Positions 29,012-38,987 of a stretch of DNA of 38,987 nt are shown piece by piece. How positions within the stretch are numbered: the stretch's first letter is position 1; each line of letters starts with the position of its first letter. Under the pieces are notes generated by a model. It saw only the letters and a program-made list of their open reading frames with translations. It searched no databases and had not been told where the DNA came from. The DNA is taken from contig JALVIB010000017.1 in the NCBI GenBank assembly GCA_027028725.1, positions 1 through 38,987 on the forward strand, read 5' to 3'. Both the position numbers and the translations under genes were made by a program. The stretch comes from Candidatus Altimarinota bacterium. Its GTDB lineage: Bacteria > Patescibacteriota > Gracilibacteria > UBA4473.

Positions 29012-31393
29012 ATGAATTTTCGTAAATGGTCGCTTTCAGTTCTAATATTCTTTTGTGGAGCTACTTTTTTTAATCTAGCCAATGCTTTGACCTTGAAAAG
29101 TTATTCGGTCTCTCGGGCGAATATTGCTGTTATGAAAAATGATGATCCGAATGTTTTTCAAGTGAGAGTTTGGGCGGACAATATGGCTCAAGCGCAAAAA
29201 GTTTTGCTCCAAATAATTGATAAAAATGGAGCGGCAGTTTTTGAGCAAGAAAATCCCGCGAAATTTTCTGAGCGCAAACCAACACAGCTTGATGTTGATT
29301 TTGCAGTAGATTTAACCAAAAACAAATTAGCGGGTGATTATAAATTGAAAGCAGGCATTTTTAACGAAGACGGACAAAAGATTGCTTGGGCAGAGCTTCC
29401 GCGAAATTTCGCGGGGAATTCGGTTAGTTCGGAGATTTCTGATTTAAAAATTAAAGCTGATAAAGATTTAGTGAAAGGGAGTGTGCAATTTAAAAATAAC
29501 GGGGAAGCGGGCGATTTTGTCGCGAAAATTGATGTTTATAAAGACAACAATCAAAAAGAGTATGTCGGGACATATTCATCAGAAATCATTTCTGTCGGAG
29601 CGGGCGAAGAGTTGGGAATTCCTTTTACTTTTGCGAAACCAGCAGCCCCGCAACTTTATAATGTAAAAGTGGGGATAGTTCAAAATAATCAAGCGGTTAC
29701 AGGAAAATTGGCGGGAAGTTTTTTGGTAGAAGGAGATTTTGGAGAATTTTATTCACTAGCAATTTCTCCACAAAAGTATTTCAAAAAAGGAGACACGGCG
29801 ACAATTGAGTTTACCGGATCAACGACCACAGATAAAGAAACTCCACTTAGCGTGGAAATTAATGTTAAAAATGAGGCGGGAATGGCTTTGCAAAAAATAA
29901 TTAATGTTATGCCAGAGGATGCTTTGGGAAATTTCGCGGGAAAAGAGATGTTTTTAGTTACCGAAGGATCAAAAAAATTGTTTGTAGAAGCAATTTTGTG
30001 GCAAGGAAATAATGAGTTAGGGAGAATTTCTAAGGCTACCAAAGAATTTGCGAAACCAAAAGAAATTGGATTTATCAATAAAATCAAAGAACTAAAATCC
30101 CGCGAAAATTTATCAACAGCGGATAAATACAAAATTATTGCCGTTTTGATTGTAATTGTTTTGGCAATCATCATCTTTATTCGCGGGCTAGTGCGCGCTA
30201 ATAAAGGGAAAAACTTCTTTATTTTCTTCTGTTTGATTTTGGCTAGTGGGACAGCTTTTGCTAATGTTAAAATATATTATCCTCAGCCTGATGAAATTTA
30301 TAGCAATCATTCAAATTCTGATCCAAAATTGCAATTCAATGAAATTGGATTCATGGGAAGAATTACATCGAATCAAGGAGGATTATTGCCTAATGACGGA
30401 AAAGTCGTCAATTACGAGGTTACAATTGGTGGAGATGAAAATGGGGTAGGTGGTGATACTGCCGGGACTGGTAGCTTTACCATGACAGATGGTGGGAATG
30501 AAATCTATAAATTTTCGTTTAAAATTCCTGATGGGTTTACACAAGGGAAGTGGAATGTTCATGTTAGATTTTATGGGACAGATGTTAATGCTCGTCTAGA
30601 TGATTTAGGAATAGGAACTTCTGGAGTAGATGATGATATTGAGTTTAACGGAGTTGGTAGTGGTAATAAGATTATTATTGATGGGGCTGCTCCGAATGTA
30701 GATTTTGGGTTTTCTGGAGATAATTATAATAGTTTAACAAAATTTGCTAATAATACATTTAGAATGAAGCCGAAATGTGATGATAATCTTGCAAAGTGTT
30801 ATAGAAATTTCGCGAGCTTTCCGGTAACAGGAAATTTCTGTGATCCTGCTGAAAATTCTGATCATAAGGCTATCTGTAAGGATTCTAGTGGTACTGCTGT
30901 CCGCGTTCATAAGTTTAAAATCTGTGACAGAGCGGGAAATTGCAATACGAGATCCGCGGGAATTAATTTTTTTGATCCAGTGAAGCCGACAATGGGGAAT
31001 TTAGTTTTTAAACTACCTGATGGAAGAAAAATAGTTTTAGGAAACAACAATGTGTCAGCTGAATATACCAATAATCTTATTCTAAAAAATGTAGAAGATC
31101 CCGCGACCGGGACTTTGTCTGATCCAAACATTGTCCTTGATGACTATGTTTGTAATAATAGTAATGAATTCTCACTAGATGATTCCAATAAAGTTTGTGT
31201 TGAAAATTTTATAAATTGTGCAACAGGGCCATGGAGTCATGGATATTGTACTTGGGATGACATAAATAATGTTTATGTTGGGCCAGTTGTTAATTGTCCA
31301 AATGGAACAACTTATAACAGTACAACTAATGAGTGTGATCCAAGTTGTTATCACGATAGGTTCCCATATTGTTTTGCAGTAGAACCTGAATAA
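29012..31393 (+). CDS. Large exported protein: Ig-like beta domains, TM anchor, internal signal-like segment, Cys-rich C-terminus
   Basis: N-terminal signal (ANA|L), TM at about aa 376-395, second hydrophobic segment ending AFA|N, many C-terminal cysteines. Confidence 0.75.
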   Translation: MNFRKWSLSVLIFFCGATFFNLANALTLKSYSVSRANIAVMKNDDPNVFQVRVWADNMAQAQKVLLQIIDKNGAAVFEQENPAKFSERKPTQLDVDFAVDLTKNKLAGDYKLKAGIFNEDGQKIAWAELPRNFAGNSVSSEISDLKIKADKDLVKGSVQFKNNGEAGDFVAKIDVYKDNNQKEYVGTYSSEIISVGAGEELGIPFTFAKPAAPQLYNVKVGIVQNNQAVTGKLAGSFLVEGDFGEFYSLAISPQKYFKKGDTATIEFTGSTTTDKETPLSVEINVKNEAGMALQKIINVMPEDALGNFAGKEMFLVTEGSKKLFVEAILWQGNNELGRISKATKEFAKPKEIGFINKIKELKSRENLSTADKYKIIAVLIVIVLAIIIFIRGLVRANKGKNFFIFFCLILASGTAFANVKIYYPQPDEIYSNHSNSDPKLQFNEIGFMGRITSNQGGLLPNDGKVVNYEVTIGGDENGVGGDTAGTGSFTMTDGGNEIYKFSFKIPDGFTQGKWNVHVRFYGTDVNARLDDLGIGTSGVDDDIEFNGVGSGNKIIIDGAAPNVDFGFSGDNYNSLTKFANNTFRMKPKCDDNLAKCYRNFASFPVTGNFCDPAENSDHKAICKDSSGTAVRVHKFKICDRAGNCNTRSAGINFFDPVKPTMGNLVFKLPDGRKIVLGNNNVSAEYTNNLILKNVEDPATGTLSDPNIVLDDYVCNNSNEFSLDDSNKVCVENFINCATGPWSHGYCTWDDINNVYVGPVVNCPNGTTYNSTTNECDPSCYHDRFPYCFAVEPE

Positions 31394-31428
31394 GATAAAA
31401 ATCCCGCGAAATTTTTACCTCAGACAAT

Positions 31429-31457
31429 AAAAAAGCGCTCTTGCGGAGCGCTTTTTT
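31429..31457. terminator. Bidirectional intrinsic terminator
   Basis: AAAAAA-GCGCTC-TTGCG-GAGCGC-TTTTTT between convergent genes. Confidence 0.85.
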
Positions 31458-31529
31458 GAGTTCTTTCATTTTTTAAACTACCTCACCCCAGCCCTCTCCT
31501 AGAAGGAGAGGGAGGCGAAAGGAATATTT

Positions 31530-33464
<1,935 letters not shown>

Positions 33465-33645
33465 TTAAGTAGTTGAAGAGCTAAAAAGATAAAGAGATTA
33501 AAAGCTTTTTTTTTCGCGGGGTTTATTATAGTATCACAGTTCTACGAGCTTCATTAATTCCCTTTTGCCAAATCTTTAATTTCTTAATGTTCATTAGCTT
33601 TTAGACTTTTTAGCTTTTTATCTTTTAGGCTGGTTTTTTCAAAAC

Positions 33646-33719
33646 CTAGCACTCAGATTATACAACTGCTAAAAGTGGATGTCAAAAGTTTTTTAGCAGA
33701 CTTTTTGGTGGAGTGCTAA
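33646..33719 (-). promoter_or_regulatory. dnaK sigma70 promoter with two CIRCE (HrcA) operators
   Basis: CTAGCACTC-N9-AACTGCTAA (33646-33672) and TTAGCAGAC-N9-GAGTGCTAA (33693-33719). Minus-strand TTGACA (33685-33680), 17-bp spacer, TATAAT (33662-33657). Confidence 0.9.
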
Positions 33720-33769
33720 AATCCCGCGAAATTTTTCTTATCCCGCCAAAATCCCTAAACTAAACCTGA

Positions 33770-34174
33770 ATGAAAAAGTTTAACAAGGTTTTTGTGGCGG
33801 GGACTTTTGACTTCCTGCATATTGGGCATCAGTATTTGTTGTGGACTGCGGCAAATTCCGCGGAAAAATTAGTGGTGATTGTGGCACGGGATGAAAATGT
33901 TCTGAAAATTAAAGGAAAACGACCGCATTTTTCGGGAAAAGAGCGAATGGACAGAATTTCGCGGGAATTTCTGCCAAATGCGGAAATCAAACTTGGTGGA
34001 AAAAGTTTAGACGAGTTTTTCCAAACTCTCAAAAACGAAAAACCGGACGCGATTTTTCTTGGTTATGATCAGCGATTGCAATTCCCCGCGAAATTATTAG
34101 AAGATTTAGGAATCGAGATTGTGCGCGTGGAGGCATTTCATCCGAAGTTTTTTAAGAGTTCCTATTTTAAATAA
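33770..34174 (+). CDS. Cytidylyltransferase-family protein (RibL/FAD synthase-like)
   Basis: AGTFDFLHIGH (HIGH motif), VIVARD and PDAIFLGYDQ. Confidence 0.85.
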   Translation: MKKFNKVFVAGTFDFLHIGHQYLLWTAANSAEKLVVIVARDENVLKIKGKRPHFSGKERMDRISREFLPNAEIKLGGKSLDEFFQTLKNEKPDAIFLGYDQRLQFPAKLLEDLGIEIVRVEAFHPKFFKSSYFK

Positions 34175-34336
34175 CAGACAAATCCCCCTCGCCCCCTTTA
34201 TCAAGAGGGAATAGATGGGAATTAGTGGGATTTGCGAGATTTTGAAATTTATCGTAAGGAAGTCCCTCTTGATAAAGAGGGATTTAGGGAGATTTGTTTT
34301 TTAAATAATTTCCCTATAATGAAACGGAAAACAAAA

Positions 34337-35179
34337 ATGGAAAAAACAAAAAAACTAATTTCGCGAAGTTTTAGCGAGGGATTGACCCAGCTTTGGCGAA
34401 ACAAATTCCTATCAGTGATGACGATTGGACTGGGAGCTTTGATTTTGATTTTGTTAAATTTAGTTTTTTCGGTGCAATATTTCGCGGAAAAATCTCTGCA
34501 AGATATTGAGTCGCGGGCAGATTTTTCCATAGCTCTGCGTGAGAATTTCGATGGATTTGAATTAGAAGCACTGCAAAACGATTTAAGTAAATTTGATGTA
34601 GAAACGAAAGTTCTGGAAGCGCACCAATTCAATGATTTCCCGCTTCCGCCTCGGTTGTACTTAAAATTTCGCGACATTTCACAGGTGTCTGACATTTTGG
34701 AAACTATCAAAAATCCGCGATATGTAGACATTATCGCGGCGTGGGATACGGACGGCGAGCGGGATTTTGTGAATGTGATTTCCAAACTGCTTTCCCTGCG
34801 AAAAAATGTTGAGCGTGCCGCGCAAATTCTCATTATTCTCTTTATCATCGGGGGAGTTTTGCTGGTTATTAATACTTTTCGTTTGGTGATTTTTTCGCGG
34901 AAAAATGAGATTTTTATTGCGCGTTTGGTCGGAGCTGATCCGGAATTTATTATGGGACCATTTGTTTTTGAGGGCGCTTTTCTCGGTTTTCTCGCGAGTA
35001 TTTTGTCGATTGTAATTTTTGTGTTTTTGCTCCGCGAAGTGACAATTTTTCCAGGAGCGGCGATTTTTCTCCATCTCTGGAATAATATTTTTATGTGGGA
35101 AGTTTTAGCAGCAATTATTGTTGGAATGTTTGGAGCGTGGCTAGCTGTACGGAAATATCTTTTTGGGAAATTGCAGTAG
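34337..35179 (+). CDS. ftsX: Cell division permease FtsX
   Basis: LWRNKFLS and INTFRLVIFSRKNEIFIARLVGA...IMGPFVFEG motifs. Start uncertain (34319 or 34337). Confidence 0.88.
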   Translation: MEKTKKLISRSFSEGLTQLWRNKFLSVMTIGLGALILILLNLVFSVQYFAEKSLQDIESRADFSIALRENFDGFELEALQNDLSKFDVETKVLEAHQFNDFPLPPRLYLKFRDISQVSDILETIKNPRYVDIIAAWDTDGERDFVNVISKLLSLRKNVERAAQILIILFIIGGVLLVINTFRLVIFSRKNEIFIARLVGADPEFIMGPFVFEGAFLGFLASILSIVIFVFLLREVTIFPGAAIFLHLWNNIFMWEVLAAIIVGMFGAWLAVRKYLFGKLQ

Positions 35180-35337
35180 AAAAGAAAAATCCCCCTTTAT
35201 TTTTTATCTCAACTTTTGTCCCCCTTTCTCAAGGGGGAAAACTAAGGAATTATTTTATTTTTCCGCGAAATTTTCAGGACAGGTCGCGACCTGTCCCTAC
35301 GGTTGTTATCTTTTGGTAAATTTTTAAACTACACTTG

Positions 35338-36015
35338 ATGGGCGAAAAAAAAACTCTGGCACTTCTGTTGAAAAAAACTTTACTACCAAATGATGATGCG
35401 GTTTTGGAGTTTTTGACAATGGAAATGGGGAAAATCACGGTCTTTGCCAAAAAATTCGCGAAATCTAAAAAACGCAACGAAATCGATTTTTTCCGAGTAA
35501 TTGAGCTGGGAATTTTTCAGGGACGAAACTCAAAATCCCTGAAACAAGCGCAAACTTTTTCCCTATTCCATAATTTTTCGCGGGATTTTTGGTCAACGCA
35601 AATTGGTTTTGAGTGGCTGGAATTTATTCGGCAAATCGTCCCCGAAGAAGAAATTGACCATAAGCTATTTAAGAAAATTATTGACCTGTTTACACATTAT
35701 TCCGCGGATTATAAAGACCAGTGGAACGCTTATTTTCAGGTGCAGTTGCTAGATTTCGCGGGATTTTGGCCGAAGTTTGACCGTGTCCGAAGTGATATTT
35801 ATTTTGATCCATTGACCAAGAAAATTTCGCCACCGCCTTGCGGGGCACAGCGAGATTTTGTTTCTGAAGCTATCGCCATTACTAATTTAGAAAGACAAAC
35901 TTTGGAATTTTTGCGGCGAGCTGATTTAGCTGAATTTTCCGTAAAAATAGAGAAAATCCCGCGAAATTTTGCGAAAATTTTTGAAGTCCTCTCTGCAGTG
36001 CAAAGTTTTAAATAA
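35338..36015 (+). CDS. recO: DNA repair protein RecO
   Basis: N-terminal OB fold (ALLLKK...DAVLEFLT.EMGKITVFAK) and FQVQLLDFAGFWP. No zinc-finger cysteines evident. Confidence 0.75.
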   Translation: MGEKKTLALLLKKTLLPNDDAVLEFLTMEMGKITVFAKKFAKSKKRNEIDFFRVIELGIFQGRNSKSLKQAQTFSLFHNFSRDFWSTQIGFEWLEFIRQIVPEEEIDHKLFKKIIDLFTHYSADYKDQWNAYFQVQLLDFAGFWPKFDRVRSDIYFDPLTKKISPPPCGAQRDFVSEAIAITNLERQTLEFLRRADLAEFSVKIEKIPRNFAKIFEVLSAVQSFK

Positions 36016-36095
36016 AATAAATAAAGAGTCCGCGCAATAGAAAATCGTTGACCTTTTTCTATTAAAAATGAAAAATTAGTATACAAAACTTATTC

Positions 36096-36641
36096 ATGAT
36101 GAAAAAAATTGTTCTCGTTCTCGGATTAATGGTTTCCTCAATTTTCGCGGGAAATTATTTTGTAAATGCTCAATCGGCAAATTACAATGTCAGATGGAAT
36201 GCTGTAAATATTTCCAAAGATAATGTAGATGCGGTTGCGAATGGAGTTCGTCCCGGTGATGTCGTGCGTTACGAAGTTATTTTGAGTGGCGGAGATGGTC
36301 CAGGGACTTATAATCCACGAGTTGATTTAGCGGATGTTTTAAACAAAGCCGAAATGGTTAATATGGGTGGGGGAAGTTTGGAAGGAACAGATTTAGTTTT
36401 CCCGCAAAAATTATGTGCTGGTTGTGAAGAACAAGTTTTTTCTTTCTTCGTTCGTGCCAAAGATGTTTGTGGACAAGCTACAAATATGACGGCTTCAATT
36501 AACAATGTTAAAGTAGTTGTGCCTTTTGATTGTGATTTAACACAAAGTGGTCCAAGTCTTTTATTATCTTTGTCAGTTGGTCTAATTCTAGTAATTATGG
36601 TCTACTTCATCATTTCTCTGAGAAGAGAGGAAATTAAATAA
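36096..36641 (+). CDS. Exported protein with DUF11-like domain and C-terminal membrane anchor
   Basis: Signal peptide, VRPGDVVRYEV, then LTQSGP + TM + basic tail. Confidence 0.65.
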   Translation: MMKKIVLVLGLMVSSIFAGNYFVNAQSANYNVRWNAVNISKDNVDAVANGVRPGDVVRYEVILSGGDGPGTYNPRVDLADVLNKAEMVNMGGGSLEGTDLVFPQKLCAGCEEQVFSFFVRAKDVCGQATNMTASINNVKVVVPFDCDLTQSGPSLLLSLSVGLILVIMVYFIISLRREEIK

Positions 36642-36670
36642 GTAAAACAAAAACAAATACAAAATATAAA

Positions 36671-36696
36671 GAAAAAACCGCCTCGGCGGTTTTTTC
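36671..36696. terminator. Intrinsic terminator (bidirectional)
   Basis: GAAAAAACCGCC-TC-GGCGGTTTTTTC. Confidence 0.85.
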
Positions 36697-36851
36697 TTTT
36701 GGCTCCCTCTTTTTTCAAAGAGGGCGGGGGGTGATTTTCTTTTAAAAAAATCCTCCTAAATCCTCCTTTCAAAAAAAGGAGGACTTATTTGAAAAATCCC
36801 GCGAAATTTTCTCGTAAACTTGTAAACTCGTTAACTCGCGAACTATTCGCA

Positions 36852-36925
36852 TGGTGTTCCCACTCAGGATCGAACTGAGGTCTACTCCTTAGGAGGGAGT
36901 CGTTTTTCCACTAAACTATGGGAAC
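36852..36925 (-). tRNA. tRNA-Arg (CCT)
   Basis: Reverse complement GTTCCCATAGTTTAGTGG...CT-CCT-AA...GTTCGATCC...GGGAACACCA. Confidence 0.93.
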
Positions 36926-37140
36926 TTTGGAACCCCTTTATCCCCTTATCAGGGGAAAATTTTAGATCCTCGCCTACGTGGGGATAAATTCCACTAACAG
37001 CTCGTTCCTCGCTGGGTGTCATTTAATTTCGCGGGATTTTGATTTCCCGCCGACAAGAAGGGATTAGTTTTTTGAGATTTGTAAAAAATCGCTAGAATTT
37101 TACACGATAAATCGTCAAAGGCGAGTAATTTTTCAGCAAA

Positions 37141-37947
37141 ATGTTAGCGAAACCACTTGAAGTTAGTGCCAAAAACTTACATTCACCAGCCGAAATGCTG
37201 GAAAAAACCCGCGAATTTTTGCAAAAAAATCCGCAGGGGATTATTGAAATTCTGGGCCCAACCGCTTCCGGAAAAACCGGCTATTCCATTTATTTAGCCA
37301 AATGGATTGAGGAAAATTTCGCGGAAAAATGCGAAATAATCTCTGTCGATTCGCGACAAGTTTTTCGCGAGATGGATATTTCGTCTGCCAAGATTACAGA
37401 GGAAGAAATGCAGGGAATTCCGCACCATGGACTTGATTTAATCAATCCGGATGAAGATTTCAGTGTGGCGGATTTTCAGAAATACGCTTTTGAAAAAATC
37501 GCGGAAATTCAAGCTCGCGGAAATCGCGTGATTTTATGCGGGGGAACGATGTTGTGGCTGGATGCGATTAGTGAGAATTATATTTTTACCGATAAAAAAG
37601 GAGTGAAATCGAATAAAAAAGGAAAACCGAAGTGGCCGGTTTTCAAAATCGGGATGTATTGGAAGCGTTCAAAGTTATACAAACGGACAGATTTGCGATC
37701 GGAATTGCTTTTTGAGCAGGGATTGATTGCAGAAACCCGCGAAATTTTACAAAAATATCCCAAGATTACCAAAAGTGCGCTAACGAGTTTCGGATATTTA
37801 GAAATTAAACAATATTTAGACGGAGAAATAACTTTAGAGCGGGCGCTAGAGCTAAACAAGCAAAAAAATCGCAAATATGCCAAACGCCAGCTGACTTGGT
37901 GGCGTGGGCGAGATGATGTGCATTGGTTAAGGGCGAAGGATTTATAA
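37141..37947 (+). CDS. miaA: tRNA dimethylallyltransferase (short form)
   Basis: GPTASGKT, IISVDSRQVF, IPHHGLD, GGTMLW and YAKRQLTWW motifs; the central insertion domain is short. Confidence 0.93.
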   Translation: MLAKPLEVSAKNLHSPAEMLEKTREFLQKNPQGIIEILGPTASGKTGYSIYLAKWIEENFAEKCEIISVDSRQVFREMDISSAKITEEEMQGIPHHGLDLINPDEDFSVADFQKYAFEKIAEIQARGNRVILCGGTMLWLDAISENYIFTDKKGVKSNKKGKPKWPVFKIGMYWKRSKLYKRTDLRSELLFEQGLIAETREILQKYPKITKSALTSFGYLEIKQYLDGEITLERALELNKQKNRKYAKRQLTWWRGRDDVHWLRAKDL

Positions 37948-37962
37948 AATTTCGCGGGATTT

Positions 37963-38586
37963 TTAATTAAAATTAGGGTCAAGCGGTAGAGTTCTAAATC
38001 TTATATAATGTCCAGCTTCTGGGTATCCTGTTTCGTCTAAATCTAGAGCTAATCCATTCCAAGTAGAATTAACTCTTTGGCAATTATTGTTTTTATATAA
38101 CCGTACATAATTATGCAGTCTTCCAAAGTTTTCATATTTATAATCCCCCGGAATATTAGAAATATGATTTTTTATGGAACTGTTCCCATAAAAAACAAGA
38201 ACCTCATCTAAATATTGTTCAGCAGAGACAAGTAAAAATTTACTATTGTCATAGGCTTCACGGATAAACACATAACAATCTTTTTCGGCAGGCGGAAGAG
38301 TGATGCCTTTTTCTTTTAATTTATCTACGATGCATTTTGTAGTATTGTTTATTTCATCAGTGGTGCCAGTACAACCTTCCTGAAATTTAATATTTCCAGT
38401 TTCGAGTGATTCTAGAAGAATTATTTTTTCAACCTGTTTTAATTCGGATATTCTTTTAGTGTCGCGAGATTTCTTCTGATAACCACTAAAAGTAGTTACG
38501 GAAACCGTCGCAAGAATACCAATGATTACAATCACCACCAAGAGTTCAATTAGAGTAAATCCCGCGAAATTTCGTTTGTTTGGCAT
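37963..38586 (-). CDS. Type IV pilin / pseudopilin
   Basis: Class III signal AG|FTLIELLVVIVIIGILA followed by KSRDTKRISELK. Confidence 0.9.
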   Translation of the reverse strand: MPNKRNFAGFTLIELLVVIVIIGILATVSVTTFSGYQKKSRDTKRISELKQVEKIILLESLETGNIKFQEGCTGTTDEINNTTKCIVDKLKEKGITLPPAEKDCYVFIREAYDNSKFLLVSAEQYLDEVLVFYGNSSIKNHISNIPGDYKYENFGRLHNYVRLYKNNNCQRVNSTWNGLALDLDETGYPEAGHYIRFRTLPLDPNFN

Positions 38587-38829
38587 TTTGAAAGAGTTTT
38601 TTCCAGGGAAAGTATATCAGAACTAAAATCAAGACCAAAACCAAAATTATTTTTTCGCCTTTCGATAAAAACTCAAGATAAACGGGAATTTCCCTGTTCT
38701 GTTATTGCAAGCGATATTAAAAGTTGAATTTTAAAATAAAGCGCGGCAATCTTTTTCTAAAATAGGAAGTAGATTGCTTCGTCATTCTTCCTCGCAATGA
38801 CGATGCTATTTTTTCGCGGGATTTTGAAT

Positions 38830-38860
38830 AAAAAAAAGAGCGACGATGTCGCTCTTTTTT
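38830..38860. terminator. Intrinsic terminator
   Basis: AAAAAAAAGAGCGAC-GAT-GTCGCTCTTTTTT. Confidence 0.8.
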
Positions 38861-38878
38861 CTTATTTTTTATAAAAAT

Positions 38879-38987
38879 CTAATCGTTAAGCCATTTCAAG
38901 CTAGTGAAAGGTGAAAGCATGTTTTGTAGGAAATCACCAGTTCGGTAATTAGCTACTCTTTTTTTTGTTCCTTCGTATTTAGGAGCA
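38879..38987 (-). CDS. 3' end of a gene running off the window edge
   Basis: Open frame ...APKYEGTKKRVANYRTGDFLQNMLSPFTSLKWLND* ending just before a terminator. Confidence 0.45.
   Translation of the reverse strand, partial: APKYEGTKKRVANYRTGDFLQNMLSPFTSLKWLND

Overview
A 39-kb AT-rich bacterial chromosomal window read with genetic code 11. The gene content suggests a Patescibacteria/CPR lineage, but that is inference only. It carries housekeeping genes (purB, rpmB, uvrB, holA, dnaK, ftsX, recO, miaA, porB, pilD, a type IV pilin, tRNA-Ser(GCT), tRNA-Arg(CCT)), a CstR-like sulfur/RND efflux cluster and a few AT-rich orphan genes. The dominant unexplained signal is a quasi-palindromic motif, AAAATCCCGCGAAATTTT / AAAATTTCGCGGGATTTT. 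By manual count its 8-bp core CCCGCGAA/TTCGCGGG occurs about 110 times (about 1 per 350 bp, about 55 per strand). It lies inside genes in several frames, abuts many stop codons, is absent from the foreign-looking genes, and is split at a fixed C^G position by 21-25-bp micro-insertions. It resembles a DNA-uptake-sequence or HIP1-like system. The window also holds several families of small palindromic REP/MITE-like elements, some translated in frame inside proteins, and a recurring TANNNT-N7-ATG architecture that suggests leaderless mRNAs. No CRISPR array, rRNA, transposase or integrase was seen.
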